Position numbers and translations under genes: made by a program. A stretch of DNA of 64,000 bases from Mobula hypostoma (Eukaryota): positions 173,354,001 through 173,418,000 of the forward strand of contig NC_086097.1 of assembly GCF_963921235.1 (NCBI RefSeq), written 5' to 3'. Positions 48,865 to 64,000 of the stretch are shown here, piece after piece. A model generated the notes under the pieces. The model did not search any database and was not told where the DNA came from. It saw nothing but the letters and a program-made list of their open reading frames with translations. Position 1 is the stretch's first letter. Every line of letters begins with the position of its first letter.

Positions 48865-50250
48865 TTGAATTAAATTTAATTGAATTGACTTTATTACTTA
48901 CATTCTTCATATACATGAGTAAAAAATCTTTACATTACGTTTCCATCTAAATGTGCAATGTGCAATTTATAGTAATTTACAATAAATAGTGTGTACAACA
49001 TGATAGTCAATATAACATAAAAATACAATTTAATCAGTATGAATTAATCAGTCTGATGGCCTGGCAGAAGAAACTGTCCCGGAGCCTGTTGGTCCTGGCT
49101 TTTATGCTGTGGTACCGTTTCCCGGATGATAGCAGCTGGAACAGTTTGTGGTTGGGGTGACTCGGGTCCCCTTCACGCCTTTTATACACACCTGTCTTTG
49201 TAAATGTCTTGAATAGTGGGAAGTTCACACCTACAGTTGCACAGGGCTGTCCGCATCACTCTCTGCAGAGTCCTGCGATTGAGGGAATTACAGTTCCCAT
49301 ACCAGGCAGTGATGCAGCCAGTCAGGATGCAGCCAGTCAGCTAGTTCTTAATTGTGCCCCTGTAGAAAGTTCTTAGGATATGGAGGCCCACACCAAACTT
49401 CCTCAACCGTCTGAGGTGAAAGAGGTGCTCTTGTGCCTTTCTCACCACACAGCCAATACGCACAACCATGTGAGATTCTCGGTGATGTTTACGCCAAGGA
49501 ACTTAAAGCTGTTCACCCTCTCAACCCCAGATCCATTGATGTCAATAGGGGCTAGCCTGTCTCCATTCCTCCTGTAGTCCACAACCAGCTCCTTTGTTTT
49601 TGTGACATTGAGGGAGAGGTTGTTTTCTTGACACCACTGTGTCAGGGTGATGACTTCTTCTCTGTAGGCTGCCTCATTATTATTTGAGATTAGGCGAGTG
49701 TAGTGTCCTCAGGAAATTTAATTAGCAGTTTGGAGCTATGGGTGGCGACACAGTCATGGGTATACAGAGAGTAAAAGAGGGGGCTTAGTATGCAGCCCTG
49801 AGGGGCACCTGTGTTGAGGGTCAGAGGGGCAGAGGTGAGGGAGCCCACTTTTACCATCTGCCGGCGCTCTGACAGGAAGTCTAGGATCCAGCTAAACAGG
49901 GCAGGGTGAAGGCCGAGGTCTCTGAATTTCTGGTTAAGCCTGTTGGGAATTATGGTGTTGAATGCTGAATTGTAGTCCAATAACAGCATTCTCACATAAG
50001 CATCCCTCTTCTCCAGTTGTGTAAGACCTGTGTGTAGAGCTGTGGCTATTGCGTCATCTGTCGATCCGTTGTGTCGGTAGGCAAATTGTAGGAGGTTCAA
50101 TGTGGATGGTAGCAAGCTGCAGATGTAGTCCGTGACCAACCTCTCAAAGCATTTGCTTATTATTGAGGTAAGTGCAACAGGATGCCAGTCGTTCAGACAT
50201 GTTACCTTGGTCTTTTTAGGTACAAGAACAATGGTGGATGTTTTGAAGCA
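48865..50250 (-). mobile_element. 5'-truncated Rex1/Babar LINE (RT region)
   Basis: [30 protein letters not shown]; (ATTGA)n-type tail. Confidence 0.85.
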
Positions 50251-53200
50251 TATTAATTCATATTTCTAATATCTGCAGTACTGCAGTATTAAGTTACCTT
50301 GGACAGATTTGTGAAAACTGCACCCAGGGTAAAATCAGAGGGATTAAACCTGCAATGTGTGTATTTTACCTAATGCCTGAAACAAAAAGGCTTTGATTAG
50401 TACAAAGAAACAGGTACTGTTTTTCAACTTATCACCTTAGATTTATACATTCCTACTGTTTCAGAATGTATTTTGTTCCTAATTTTCTTTTTCTCAGCTC
50501 TCTTTCCTGATTGTACATGATCTTTTTCCATCTTGACCTTCTAATGACTTCTTCATATCCTAAACCTCAAATGGTGATCATATGCATATCATAGAGGGCT
50601 TCTGCAGTCATTTATATTGTCAATCAACATAGTTGTCTGCTCGCCAAAAGTGGAACTGGGCATTATTCCCTTTGCATAACCTCTTTAAGGCTCTTCATTA
50701 TAGAAATACTGTTTGTATTTAAATTTGAAAAATTTCCCCGACTGTAAGAGAATATTATGCATTATTTTAAAACAAACATCAAGCTAACCAGCACAGTAAG
50801 TATTTGTCTTATCGCTGTACCAATTCCAGTACAACATTCTTAATGCTATGTTTGTAATGCAGATATTTGTCATGTTTTCAGCTTTGTTTAAAACAATCTA
50901 AAGTAAATATTTCTTTGATCATTGCAATTTTCCTCCAAAAATAAACATCAATGCTTTCCCAATCTTACCCTGACAGTCCACCCTCCCAAACCTCCATGCA
51001 CAAAGTGACAACCAAAGTTTTCAATTTATTCAAACACAATACAGATGCAAAACATTGATTCCACTACTACTAAGCAATATTATCAACAATGTGTTTTTTT
51101 AAGGCACGAGTCTGGCTTTTTAAGGCCCTTTGGCAAAACAAGATCTTTTAAATGACTAACCTACACCTCTTTAGGAAGGGGGGGACAAAACTGAAAAACT
51201 CTGAAAACCCACACAGCCACAGAGAGAAAATGCCAACTTGGCACAGCACCAGAGGTTAGGAATGAACCCAAATGAACTATGAGGCCGCTGTACCAGTATT
51301 GATGTTCTACTGTGGGTTGAACTTAAACTCTGTTCAATGCATGTGGACAAATAAGCATCTTCCATACAGGTGGAACTTATACAATCAGTTGCATTGCATT
51401 GGTCTCACTAGGAGTGGCCTGGTCCGTTCCATTCAAGTATTTTGAAACCTGTTTCAACATACATTTTTGATCTATTAAAGAACCAACAAAAAAAACAAAC
51501 CAAGTTTTCTTTCTCATATCCTTAAAATGACTGGAGAAGAAAACTTGAATTACTTGCATTCTGTGCTACAACAGCATTGAACCTAGATTCTTCCTTTATT
51601 CTAATGCAAACTGTAAAGGCTGAGAGTCACAGAGCATGGAAACAGGCCCTTCGACCGCACTCATCCATGCCAACTGTATTGCCTAACAAGCTAGTTCCAT
51701 TTGCCAGCATATGGCCCATAGCCCTCTCCAATCCATATCCTTATCTGGATGGCTTTTGGATATTACTAATGTGCCTGCCTCAATCATTGTTCCTGATGTC
51801 TCACCCTTTGCATGAAGAAACTGCCCCTTATCTCCCTTTCAAATTGCAGGGTGAATTTTATCGCATTATAATCACTGATCCCCTAAGGGTTCCTTTACCT
51901 TAAGCTCTCTAATCAATTCTGGTTCATTGCACACCACCCAATCCAGAATAGCTTATCTCCTCATGGGCTCAACTACAAACTGCCCTAAAAAGCTGTCTTG
52001 TAGCCATTCTACAAATTTTCCCTTTGAGATCCAGCACCATCCTGATTTTCCCAATCTACCTACATATTGAAATCCGCCATGTATAACATCTATTTGACAT
52101 GCATTCCTATCTATTAAATATACTCAAAAAGGGACACTGGCATTTATACAACACTTTGAATATCCATTCTTGAATATACCAAAATGCTTCAGAGTCAACA
52201 AAGTAGTTTTATAATCTTGTGACTGTTATAATGTGGGAAAAGCGACAGCCAATTTGCACACAACAAGTTCTCATTATGAGCAATGAACTAACCATTAGAT
52301 AATCTTTCAGAAATATTAACTTACCTATTAATATTGGCCAGAAGACCAAAAATAAATTCTTAAGCTTGAAAGAAATCAGTCTTAAGTGTTTTTGCATGCA
52401 CTTTTCTTAATTATTAATTAATAAAGCAAACAACAAAGTCAATGAGCACCCTTAAAGTGTAAGAAGCAGAGGAAAATACATCCTTAACTTATTTAGTCGT
52501 TTAATTTACTTCACCAGAAACTTATAGGGTACTTATTTTTTTGGCAAGGAGCTCCAAATGTATTATGTGCCAATGGATTTCTGTTATTTGGTAACTAAGA
52601 AGTTCGAATGCAGCATTACTCTCCCATCTGGCGAGTTGATCAGCAAATGAAACATTTATGACCAACAGAAACAAAAGGAACAAGAGGAAATTGCAAGTGT
52701 ATGAATCACTGTGGATTCCATGGGCCAGATAGCCATGATTCACAAACCGCACATGATTTGTGGGCCACAGTTAGGGTACATCAGTTAGAGGTAAATGAAA
52801 ATGTGGATATGAGCGTGCAATTAAAGACGTGGCAGTTAAGGTGAGGCACAGATTGGGGAGGGGACAAACGGCAGAGCAAAGAGATTAGAGTACGACATCT
52901 TACAAAGAAGCTAAACTGCTCATGACAAAGTTTAGGAACATAAACAAAAGAAAAATATTTGAGAAGTCAAGGGACAAAGGCAATGACTAGGGTTTTGGCA
53001 GCGGCAAAGCAGAAAAAATAGTCACACAATATTCTGGAGATAAAACAAGACAGACTTGGTATCTGGCCAGTTGTGGGACAAAGTGGTCACATATAGGCCA
53101 AATAGAACGTCAAGGCTAAGTGAGCAGCTAAGGCAATTCACAGCAAAATCTGAATCTTGATTGTCTGTGGTGAACTGAGTGTACCTGATTCAGTCAGGGT

Positions 53201-54377
53201 GGTACTGTATACACAACTAAATAGCAAATCAACAGCATTTGTTAGGCAATGATATTGATGTCTATGTATAAGGGCAAATGAATGGAGTAAAAATGAAAGT
53301 TAACTGAAATATGAGTGAATGGTAAAGCAGCTTCAAGAGGCTAAGCAATCAACTTCTAAGACTACATGCCTTCTTATATTTTGATGCTGGCATTAAAAAA
53401 GTGAATGTTCTTTATTACATTTATTCCATTCTTGCTGAGTAACTCATGGAAGGATGACAAATTGACAGTATAAATGTGCAGCTTCTTGCGGAGAAAAGTA
53501 CATGCATCCCACTCTGTCTTACTTTAATGATAAAATTCAAGCAAAGGGCATTAATAATAATTATCCTTTATCAAATTAATTTCATGTTGGCACTTACTCG
53601 AGATCTCATCTTTTCCTGATTTCCCTAGAAAGCACAAGATTCAAGTTCAACAGCATATCCGGCCATAATTAAGGCTAAAGCTACAAATGGAATTAGTCAT
53701 CAGTACTACGAACATAAAAAAATCAAGATTTTCTGAACTGAAGTAACAAAATATTGACTTTGTTCATAAGATGTGCAAGAATACTATCAGCTGATTGTTG
53801 TTCTTACATGGCGAAATAAGATTTGGTGAACATTGACTTTTATAAGCTTCTTCATCTGACAATGTTCCTATCTTGTGAAGAGACTTCTTTTTCATTAACA
53901 AGTATCTGATACTTCATCAGAGAAACAGTTACAACTTAACAGCAGTTTATGCAAGAGTGGATGCACGTGTATAATCAGTGGTTGGTCACTGGACAGAGCA
54001 GTGATTCAGGCCAAATTAAACCTTCCTGAACATCACCAGGGTTGTACATTCATTGGAGGCACTGCAGTCATTCAATAAGTCAGCTGACTACTTGTGTGAA
54101 CAACTGAGAAAAAGCAACTAGTGCTATCCTTGCAAACAACATCCATGCCGTGAGGAAATAAAAATAATTTGAAATACAAAATTAAGATGCCATTTACACT
54201 CCACACTTAACATTTTTAATAAATGAATTCATAAAGCAAAATCCAACAAAACTCATGGGCAGGTTCACTGTACCAAAAAAAAACTGCTGGAGGTATTCAA
54301 CGGGTCAGGCAGCATCTATGCAGGGAAATAGACAGTCGATGTTTTGGGACAACATCCTTCAACTTTGGACCTTTGTC

Positions 54378-56599
54378 AGACCACCAATAAGAATGCCTAC
54401 TGTGCTATTCCATGCCCTCACTTCGGAAAGTCTGATCACCTAGCTGTACTTCTACTCCGTGAGTATAGGCAGAGACTGAAGACTGCAGCACTGGGAGTGA
54501 GGACCAAGAAGGTATGGACAAGGGAAGCACAGGAGCACTTACAGGACTGCTTTGAATCAGTGGTCTGGACGGTATTCAGGGATTCATCTTCAAATCTGGA
54601 TGAATATGCTGCAGTTATTATCGACTTCATTAAAACCTGCGTGGATGAGTGTGTGCCCACAAAGGCTTACTGTACATTCCCAAACCAAAAGCCGTGGGTG
54701 AACCAGGAGGGACGTCATTTGCTGAAGGCTAGATCTGTGGCATTCAAAGCTGGTGACCCAGGTCTGTACCAGAAATCTAGGTATGACTTGCGGAGGGCTA
54801 TTTCAAGGGTGAAGAGAAAATTTCAAATGAGGCTGGAGGGAACAACAGAGGTACAACAACTCTGGCAGGGTTTGCAAGACATTACTTCCTAAAAACAAAA
54901 CCCAATAGCATGAATGGCAGCAATGCTTCACTATCAGATAAACTCAGAATGCCTTCTATGCCCACTTTGAAAGGTAGAATATTACTACAGCTGTGAAGAT
55001 CCCTGCTGCACACTGTGACCCTGTGATCTCTGTCTCAGAGGCTGATGTCAGGGTGTCTTTAAAGAGGGTGAATCCTCACAAGGCGGAAGCCCCTGACAGT
55101 GTATGTGGTAAAGCTCTGAAAACCTGTGCCAACCAACTGGCAGGAGTATTCAAGAACATATTCAACCTTTCACTGCTACAGGTGGAAGTTCCCACTTATT
55201 TCAAAAGGACAACAATTATACCAATGCCTAAGAATAATAATGTGAGCTGTGAGCTGCTTTAATGACTCACATCTACAGTGATGAAATACTTTGAGAGGTT
55301 GGTCATGACTAGACTGAGCTCCTGCCTCAGCAAGGACCTGAATCCACTGCAATTTGCCTATTGCCACAATAGGTCAATAGCAGACGCAATCTAAATGGCT
55401 CTTCACACAGCCTTAGATCACCTGGACAATACATACACCTATGTCAGGATGCTGTTCATTGGCTATAGCTCAGCATTTAGCACCATCATTCCCACAATCC
55501 TGATTGAGAAGTTGCAGAACCTGGGCCTCTGTATCTCCCTCTGCAATTGGATCCTCAACTTCCTAGCCGGAAGACCACAATCTATGCGGATTGATGATAG
55601 TATCTCCTCCTCGCTGACAATCAACACTCAGGAGTGTGTGCTTAGTCCACTGCTCTTTTCTCTCTATACCCATGACTGTGTGGCTAGGCATAGTTCAAGT
55701 ACCATCTATACATTTGCTGATGATACAACCATTGTTGGTAGAATCTCAAAAGGAGACGAGAGGGTGTACAGGAGCGAGATATACCAGCTAGTGGAGTGGT
55801 GTTGTAGCAACAACCTTAAACTCAGTGCCAGAAGGACGAAAGAATGGATTGTGGACTTCAGGAAGGGTAAGATGAAGGAACACATACCAATCCTTATAGA
55901 GGGATCAGAACTGGAGAGAGTGAACAGTTTCAAGTTCCTAGGTGTCAAGATCTCTGACGACCTAACCTCGTCCCAACATATCGATGCAGCTATAAAGAAG
56001 GCAAGACAGTGACTATACTTCATTAAGAGTTTGAAGAGATTTGGTATGTCAACAAAAACACTCCGAAATTTCTATAGATGTACTGTGGAGAGCATTCTGA
56101 TAGGCTGCATCACTGTCTGGTGTGGGGAGGGGTGGGGGGGGGGCTACTGTACAGGACCGAAAGAAGCAGCAGAGGGTCATAAATTTAGTCGGCTCCATCT
56201 TGGGTTGTAGCCTGCAAGGTACTCAAGATATCTTCAAGGAACGGTGACTCAGAAAAGCAGCACCCAGGACATGTCCTTTTCTCATTGTTACCATCAGGTA
56301 GGAAGTACTGAAGGCACACACTCAGCAATTCAGGAACAACTAGTTCCCCTCTGCCAGCCGATTTCTAAATGGACTTTGAACCCGTGAACACTACTTCACT
56401 TTTTAAATATATATTATTTCTGTTTTTGCATGATTTTTAATCTATTCAATATACACATACTGTAATTGATTTACTTATTCATTTATTTGTTATTTTTTCT
56501 CTTCTATGTTATGTATTGCATTGAACTGCTGCTGGTAAGTTAACAAATTTCACTACACATGCCAGTGATAATAAACCTGATTCTGATTATGATTCTGAT
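54378..56599 (+). mobile_element. decayed Rex1/Babar LINE, next to or inserted in a PLE fragment (~54280-54370, minus)
   Basis: [21 protein letters not shown]; (CTGATT)n tail; TSD CTTTGTC at 54371-54377 and 56600-56606. Confidence 0.85.
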
Positions 56600-57029
56600 C
56601 TTTGTCGAAACTCTTGTGTTCAGCTGAATTCACAATCAAATCTACTCACCACTTGCCCTCCATTTTGTGCTAGGGAAGCAAAGCAGTTTCTACTTTGACA
56701 CAAGTTAACTGGAGATCAACGGCTTAACTACAAAAACAATCACACCAAAACACAATGCAAAAATAAAGAAAATGAAACACAGAATAATACTTAACTATTC
56801 AAAAAAAAAGAGCAATTCCACTACTGCAAAATTCTCAAGTAAAGTGACAAAGCTGGAGGTCATAAAAGGTTTAGCGTGCAGGTGACTGTGTAAGAGATTA
56901 GTTTAGATCATTCATATTTTCAAGATGATGTGAACCGGGGAGAAAGATTCAAGCTCCTGGGTAAGAACGTCACTAATAGACGCCCTGTCCAACCATGTAG
57001 GTGCCATGACTATGAAAGCCCACCAGCAC

Positions 57030-57605
57030 CTTTACTTACTAAAGGGGCTGAACAAATTTTGGGTATCCCATTTGACTGTCACCAATATTTATCAATGCAC
57101 CATAGAAAGCAACCTATCTGGATACATCACCACTTGGTACACTGGTTGCCCAGGACTGCAAAAACTTCAGAGCTAGGGACACAGCTCAGCACATCATGGA
57201 AACCAGCCTCCTCTCCATGTACTCTAGCTACATTTCTAGCTGCCTCACTAAAGCAGCCAAAAATTCCATCGACCCAAGACATTCTCTCTTCTCATCCCTC
57301 CCAATGGGTTGAAGATGCAAAAGCCTGAAATCATATCCCACCAAGCTCAAGGACAGCTTCTATCCTGCTGGCATGAGACTACTGAACAGTTTGCTAATAC
57401 AATAAATTGAACCTTGACCTCACAATCTATCTCATTATGCCCTTGCATCTTTTTGTCTGCTGCATTGCACTTTCTCTATAACTGTAACAGCTTATTCTGC
57501 ATTTTCCCTCAATGCACTATTGTAATAAAATGATCTACATGATGGCATTCTAAACTAAAATTTTCACTGTACCTTGGTACATGTGACAATAATAAACTAA
57601 TTTAC
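57030..57605 (+). mobile_element. decayed Rex1 3' end
   Basis: Similar to 37205-38270. Confidence 0.6.
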
Positions 57606-59592
57606 CTATTGTAGTTCTGTGAAAAGTACTCTAAGATTTTTTAGGCACATCTAACGTGGGCCAATCAAGAATGCAAAGGTGTGCGAGAAAGTAATGAATA
57701 TTGAACTTCAAAAACATGGTGATCTAAAATGTATGACTCCATCTACCACAGAACAGCTATGTTCATGCTGGGCTGGAATGGATAGCATCAGGAGAGTAAA
57801 ATAGGGCTGATTGAGTGAGTGTTCTTGGAATATTAAGACATGACTGGAGTATAATGAAAGAGACCCATTAATGCAGACAGAGACAATAGTGTTGTCCAGA
57901 AACACCAAGCTCTTAAAGACTGTTGCAAAAAGATATTACAGTTGAAAACACTGGAGAAGTCAGAGTGGGAAATTGATACACAGTACATTAAGGAATGAAG
58001 AATTTTGTACAGATGGAGATCAGGAAAGAAAGGGGCATGATAAAAAGGTACTGATGAGAAGAAGACTGCAGAAAAACAGCCAAAATGCTGCACTATCAAA
58101 ATACTGTGATCCCCTTATTGAAAAATGCTTGTGAACAGGTTCTTTCCTCAGTTGCCCTCAATACACTTTAATTTGAGAGGTCAGAGTAATCATGTAATTC
58201 CCTTTCATAAATTTTGCCATGAAAATAGAAGCAGCCAACTGAAACAAAATCCTCTAAAGTGCAATTACTAATTTTAAAACCTTTCCCTGTTACTCCTATT
58301 GCAAATTTTCAAACCCCTGTGTGCAATTCATCACATGACCTAAATATCTAATATACTGAGTTTAACAAAACAAGTGATGTAAGGCTACAGAAGACCAATC
58401 TGAAAGCGATGTGCAATTTGTTTCTTATGCACCCAGATCCAACAAACCTCAGCAGACAATGTGCCAAATGCTAGCAGCATGAAACTAAGCTGCTGACCTT
58501 AGGCTTTAGAAATTTGTGTGAAAGCTCTTGGCAGCTGCTACAACCCATAACCAACGTAAAATTGGACGTTTCTATGAAGAAACACATGATTATCATTAAA
58601 AGATTTATTACAAATGTCAGATTGATATTAACTGAAGTCTTTTAAGCTTTATCGTGGCCAAGCATAATCATTTATCTTTATTTATCCAAATGGTGAACAT
58701 GCTCAAAGCTTGAAGTGTAAACTGGCAATGTTCTACAGTGCAACATTTGAAATACACTAACCATTTTGATTCTACAAGCAGAATTACAATGAAATCACAA
58801 GCAACTGAATAATCTGATGTGCTCTGTCCAAGAGATAGTGCTCAAAGGTGCTCAAACCCAGTAAACAAGGTCACTCTATATTAGCAGCATATTTAGTGAT
58901 CTTATATCCCAGTGGAGCCCCAGTCAATGGCAAACAGAGGTATCCAGACCTAAACTGAATATTGAATCTAATAGCTCTGGTTTGCAAGCATCTACCTGTG
59001 CACTTATAGCACAACAAGGAATTATGAAGTTACTTCATTGTTACCAGGACCGTAATGGGCTTACATTACGACAATTATTTCATCTCAGTCAGTCTTAGCT
59101 TTGATATATGATATAAAATTCTATATTAATAGGTTCATCTCTTATACGTTTACTTCACTGCACAAGATCTGACAGATGTCAACACTCGCATATACATGAC
59201 CAAACTATCATAATTTGGATGGGTTCAAATACCATAAACTCTTGTACAAATAATCTTTCCTCTGGTGCTTTGTTTGCTATGCTTTCTTCTGCTAACCCTT
59301 TCAAAAATTTTGATATAAAGTTTTGAACTCATTCCTGTATTTACTGCTGTAGTTATTAGTACCTACGCTGTGACCTTGATGCAACCAAGGAATTTCATTG
59401 CATCCAAGTGTATATGACAATAAACAAATCCAAACTCTGACTATGGAATATAGTGAATAATTATCTAATTTTAAAACAAATAATGCAAGCATACGGTATC
59501 TCACAGTATGTCAGACAATTTCCTCCACATTCAATCCTAATTATAAATGATGCTACAACTTACAAAGACAAAGAGCTCACAGTGGGGTATCT

Positions 59593-62450
59593 CAGAATCA
59601 GAATCGGGTTTAATATCATTGGCATATATTGTGAAATTTGTAATTGTGCAGCAACAGTACGTTGCAATACAAATAATCAAAACAAATGACAATATACATA
59701 TAAATAAATTAAATAAGCAGTGCAAAAAGAGAAGAAAAATAGTTTGGTCGTATTCATGGGTTCATTGTCCATTCAACAATCTGATAACAGAAGGGAAGAA
59801 GCTGTTCCTGAAACATTGAATATGTGTCTTCAGGCTCCTGTAGCTCCTTCTTGATGGTCTCAATGAGTGGAGAGTAAGTCCTTGATGATGGGGTCCTTAA
59901 TAATGGATGCCACCTTGCATTGCCTTTTGAAGGTGTCCTCGATGCTTGGGAAGACAGTGCCCATAACGGAGCTGGCTGAGTTTACAACTTCATACAAATT
60001 TTTCCAATCCTGTGCAGTGGCCCCTCCATACCAGACAGTGATGCAACTGGATAGAGTGCTCTCCACAGTACATCTGCAGAAATTTACAGGAACCTTTGAT
60101 GAACCACCAAGTTTCCTCAAACTCCTTATGAAATATAGCCGCTGTTGTACCTTCTTTGCAACTACATCGATATGTTAGTCCCAAGAAAGATCTTTGGACA
60201 TCCAGGAACTTAAAACTGCTCACCCCTTCCACTCAACTAGTATGAGTTCTCTCAAATTACCCTTCGTGAAATCTATAATCAATTCCTTTGTCTTACTGAC
60301 ATTGAGTTCAAGGTTGTTGTTGTGACACCACTAAACCAGCTCACTCCTAAACTATCTCACTCCTACACACCTCCTCGTCACCTCGTCAGCCAACAGTACT
60401 TAGGTCATAAGCAAACGTACAGATGGCGTTTGTGCTGTGCCTAGCCACAGAGATACATGTGTGGCGAGATTAGAGTAGTGGACTAAGCACACAACCAACT
60501 GGCTATTGACAGTCTGCGAGGAGGAGATGTTACTTCCAATCAGTACTGATTACAGTTACCCCATGAGGAACACAAGGATCCCAGTTGCAGAGGGAGATAC
60601 CGAGGCCCAGATTCGGGAGCTTTTTGATTACAACTGAGGAAATGATTGTGTTAAACATTGAGCAGTAGTCAATAAACAGCAGCCTGAGGTAGGTATTGCT
60701 ATTGTTCAGATGATCTAAGGCCAAGTAGAGAGAGCTAATGAGATTACATTTGCTTTAGACTTATTATGGGACAGACAAATTGCAATGGGTCCAGGTCCTC
60801 ACTTAGACAGGAGCTGATCCTGGCCATGACAAACCTTTCAAAGCACTTCATCACAGTAGATGTGAGGGCAACTGGGCAATAGTCATTGAGGCACCTCACC
60901 CTGCTCTTCCTGAGCACTGGTGTGATTGTCACCCTTTTGAAGTAGGTGAAAATACCTGACTGCAGCAATGAGAGATTGAAGATGTCTTTGAACAATCCTC
61001 CCAGTTGGTTGGCAGAAGTTTTCAGTGCCCTGCCAGCTACACCATCGAGACCTAATGCCTTGCGACGGTTCACTCTCATGAAAAATATTCCAACATCAGC
61101 TTCCGAGACAGAGATCACAGGGTCACCACATGCTGCAGAAATTCACACAGATGTACTTTTATTCTCCTTTTCAAAGCAGGTATAAAAGACTTTGAACTTA
61201 CCTGAGAATCCTTCTTACCTGAGAAGGAAGCATTACAGCCATTCATGGCGATGGGTTTCACTTTGTAGGAAGTAATAGCCTGCAAACCCTGCCAGAGCTG
61301 AAGTGCATCGAATTCCGTCCCGAACCTCAACTAGAATTGTTTTTTCACTCATAAGATAGCCTTCCATAGGTCGTGCCTGAATTTCCAGTACAGTTCTGGA
61401 TCACCAGTCTTAAATGCCACAGATCTAGCCCTCTGGTTCATCCATGGCTTTTGGTTTGGCCATATCCAGTAATTTCTCAAAGGCACACAATCATCCACAC
61501 ACGACTGTTGAAGTCAGTGACAATGCAGTGTATTCATTCAGATCCAAAGATGAATCCCTGAATAGTGTCCTGTCCACCAACTAAAAGCAGTTCTGTAAGT
61601 GCTCCTCCACTTCCCAAGACCATACCTTCTTGGTCCTCACCAATGGTGCTACAATCTTTAGTCTCTGATGGTATGCTGGGAGTAAAGTACAGCCAGGTAA
61701 TCAGACTTTCAAAAATATGGGCGTAGAATGGAACGGTAAGCATTCTTGAAGGTGGCATAACAGTGGTCAAGTTGGCTCCATGGGATCCACAGGTGGTAGT
61801 TGTTCATAAATTTCTTCAAGCTCAATTGGTTGAAGTCCCATGCAATGATAGGGAAGTTACCCAGGGGTGCTGTTTTATGACTGCTGATCATGGTGCCCAG
61901 CTCCTCCAGTGGAGCTTGACAGTGGCCTTAAGTGAAATGTACTTTGCTCGAGGGGTGATAGCAGAAAACTCCTTTGGCAGATGAAAACAATGACATTTGA
62001 CCATCAGATGTTCCAGGTTGGATGAGCAGGATTGAGACAGAATCACCACGTCTGTGCACCACAATCAATTAATCATAAAGGTTACTCCATTTCCTCTACC
62101 TTTAAAAGACTGAGCTGCCCTGTCTTTGTGAAGGATGGTGAAGCCATCGGGCAGCAGTGCTGCATCCAAAATGGCAGAAGTTAGCCATGCTTTCATAAAG
62201 CAAAGTACACAACAGTCCTCAATATTTCTCTGGTACTGCAATCTTGCTCTGAGGTTTTCAGTTTTATTTTCCAGAGACAGCACATTTGCCAGCAGGATAG
62301 TTAGGAGTGAGGGTCTTAAGCTTCTGTGTTTCAATTGTACCTGTAGATCTTTCCCGCTTCTGTTTTTTAAAGGAGAACTATACTCACGATCTGAGTCTGA
62401 AATCTGGGATCCACTGATATTGAGCATCAATAGATCTTTTTTTAAACATC
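59593..62450 (-). mobile_element. near full-length decayed Rex1/Babar LINE (APE + RT)
   Basis: ILLANVLSLENK, CCVLCF..WL, NDYCPVALTS, FIDYCSMFNT; (CAGAAT)n tail. Confidence 0.85.
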
Positions 62451-62699
62451 TTAAAACAACATTGCTTGCTAATGTACCCATGTCTGTAACTGTGGACCCT
62501 GGAATGATAGGGCTGAGGATGGGGAGTTGATATACAAGTCAATGCAGGTTATCTAGACCCCAATGAATGACAAACTTGTAACCTACAGGATTTTCAGTTT
62601 GAAAAACAAATAGCTAAACAATGTAAAACAACAGTAAATCAGAATCAAAACAACAAGAGAAATGGACAGAAAGAAAAGAATGAATACCCTGTTGTGTTA

Positions 62700-64000
62700 C
62701 CCTGGACATAATTCAAGAGCCAACGAGTGTTTTAATAGCTGCGAAGGAATGTACAAAAAGTGTATATTCATGCACTAGAAATGGTCAATACCAATATTAT
62801 TGCAGGCAGGTTTGCTGAAGCTGCTGGGAAGGTCTTAAACTAATTGGGATCTCTTCTGCTAACACCTTGTTGAGATCACTCCATTTTCCTCACATTCATG
62901 TGCCTATCTAAGTGTCTCTTAAAAGTCTCTAATGTTTCTACATCTACCACCACCCCAGGCAGTGCATTCCAGCACATTCTGATAAACCTCAATCAGATCT
63001 CCCATCAGCCCCCGCTACTCCTGAGAAAATGGCCCAAATATGTCCAAACTCGGATCCAGGTAATAATCTCGTAAACCTCTTCAGCATCCTCTCTGAAGTC
63101 TCAATATCCTTCCTATAATGGAGTGACTACCTGTATGCAATACCCCAGCTGTGGCCTAAATAGAGTTTTACAAAGCTACAACATAACTTCCTGAATTCTG
63201 AACTCAATGCCTTGACTAAAATGTAGGTGCCTTGTGGGAAGTGTTAAAAAACCACAAAGGTGGAAAAGACCCTGATGGGAGTTATATACAGGCCTCCGAA
63301 CAGTAGCAGGATGTGGGGTATAAATTATAAAGGGAGATAAAAAGGCATGTAAAAAGGGAAACGCTGCAATAGACATGCAGGATTTCAACAGGCAGGTAGT
63401 TTGGGAAAATGAGGGGGGTACTGAATCCCAAGAAAGCGAATTTGTAGAATGTCCATGAGATAGCTTTTTAGAGCAGCATGTCGTTGAGACTATTCTCTAT
63501 TGAGTGTTGTGTAACAAACCAGATTTGATTAGGAAGCTGAAGGTAAGGAACCCTGAGGAAGCAATGGTCACGATAGAATTCACTGTAGTTTGAGAAGGAG
63601 AAATAAAGTCATATAGGGGGCAGTGATCATGATAGAATTCACCCAACAGTTTGAGAAGAACTAAAGTCATATGCGTCAATATAAAGAGAATTACAGAGGC
63701 ATGAGAGAGGAGCTGGCCAAAATTGATTACGGTAGCAGGGATGGTGACAGACCAACAATGGCTGGAGCTCATTGGAGCAATTCAGAAGGCACAGGATAGA
63801 TACATCCCAAAGAAGTAGTAGTATTCTAAAAGGGAGAATGAAGCAACCATGACAAACAAGGGAAGTCGAAGACAGCATAAAAGCAAATGAGAGGGCATAT
63901 TATATAGCAAAAAAATAGTGGAAAGTTAGAGGATTGAAGAGCTTCTAAAAAAGCCACAAAGAGAGAAAAGATAAAATATGAAAGGAAGCTGGCCAATAAT
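62700..64000. mobile_element. mosaic of decayed CR1 pieces (ORF1 end +, 3' region -, endonuclease region +), running off the window end
   Basis: accaatattattgcaggcaggtttgct...ttaaactaa; TLMGVIYRPPNS. Confidence 0.65.

Noticed and set aside
52522..52752. Minus-strand 76-aa ORF / possible exon in unique DNA
   Set aside because: Poor donor site and no protein-like signal; may be conserved non-coding DNA, which cannot be tested here
1..64000. Prokaryotic-type systems (operons, defence islands, CRISPR-Cas, retrons)
   Set aside because: No gene-dense coding DNA; all long ORFs belong to eukaryotic retroelements

Overview
Eukaryotic, AT-rich, repeat-dominated DNA that looks like one large intron. 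There are no prokaryotic genes, CRISPR arrays, rRNA or true tRNA genes. The repeat families resemble, from my recall only, those of cartilaginous fishes (probably a ray). Roughly half or more of the window is transposon-derived: many CR1 and Rex1/Babar LINE fragments, one nearly intact CR1 ORF2, a HERO-like restriction-like-endonuclease LINE, an RT-deleted Gypsy, Harbinger and Tc1 deletion derivatives, SINEs, a bipartite non-autonomous RTE element, and at least 10 Penelope-like (PLE) insertions. Most interesting points: (1) the PLE copies carry a minimal type-I hammerhead ribozyme motif (AGTC-CTGANGA-A-GGGT-loop-GCCY-GAAA-CGTC-GACT), several have inverted 5' arms, and six have 10-16 bp TSDs; (2) the CR1 ORF1/ORF2 junction has in-phase overlapping -1 slippery heptamers (G_GGT_TTA_AAC_TAA) leading into an AUG-less ORF2; (3) candidate minus-strand host exons near 18.6-18.9 kb splice to MNLKESRPLSVPIK...KRLTVQ (gene not identified); (4) a 167-bp exact local copy of a decayed CR1 segment. 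Family names come from motif recognition, not database searches, and boundaries of decayed repeats are approximate.
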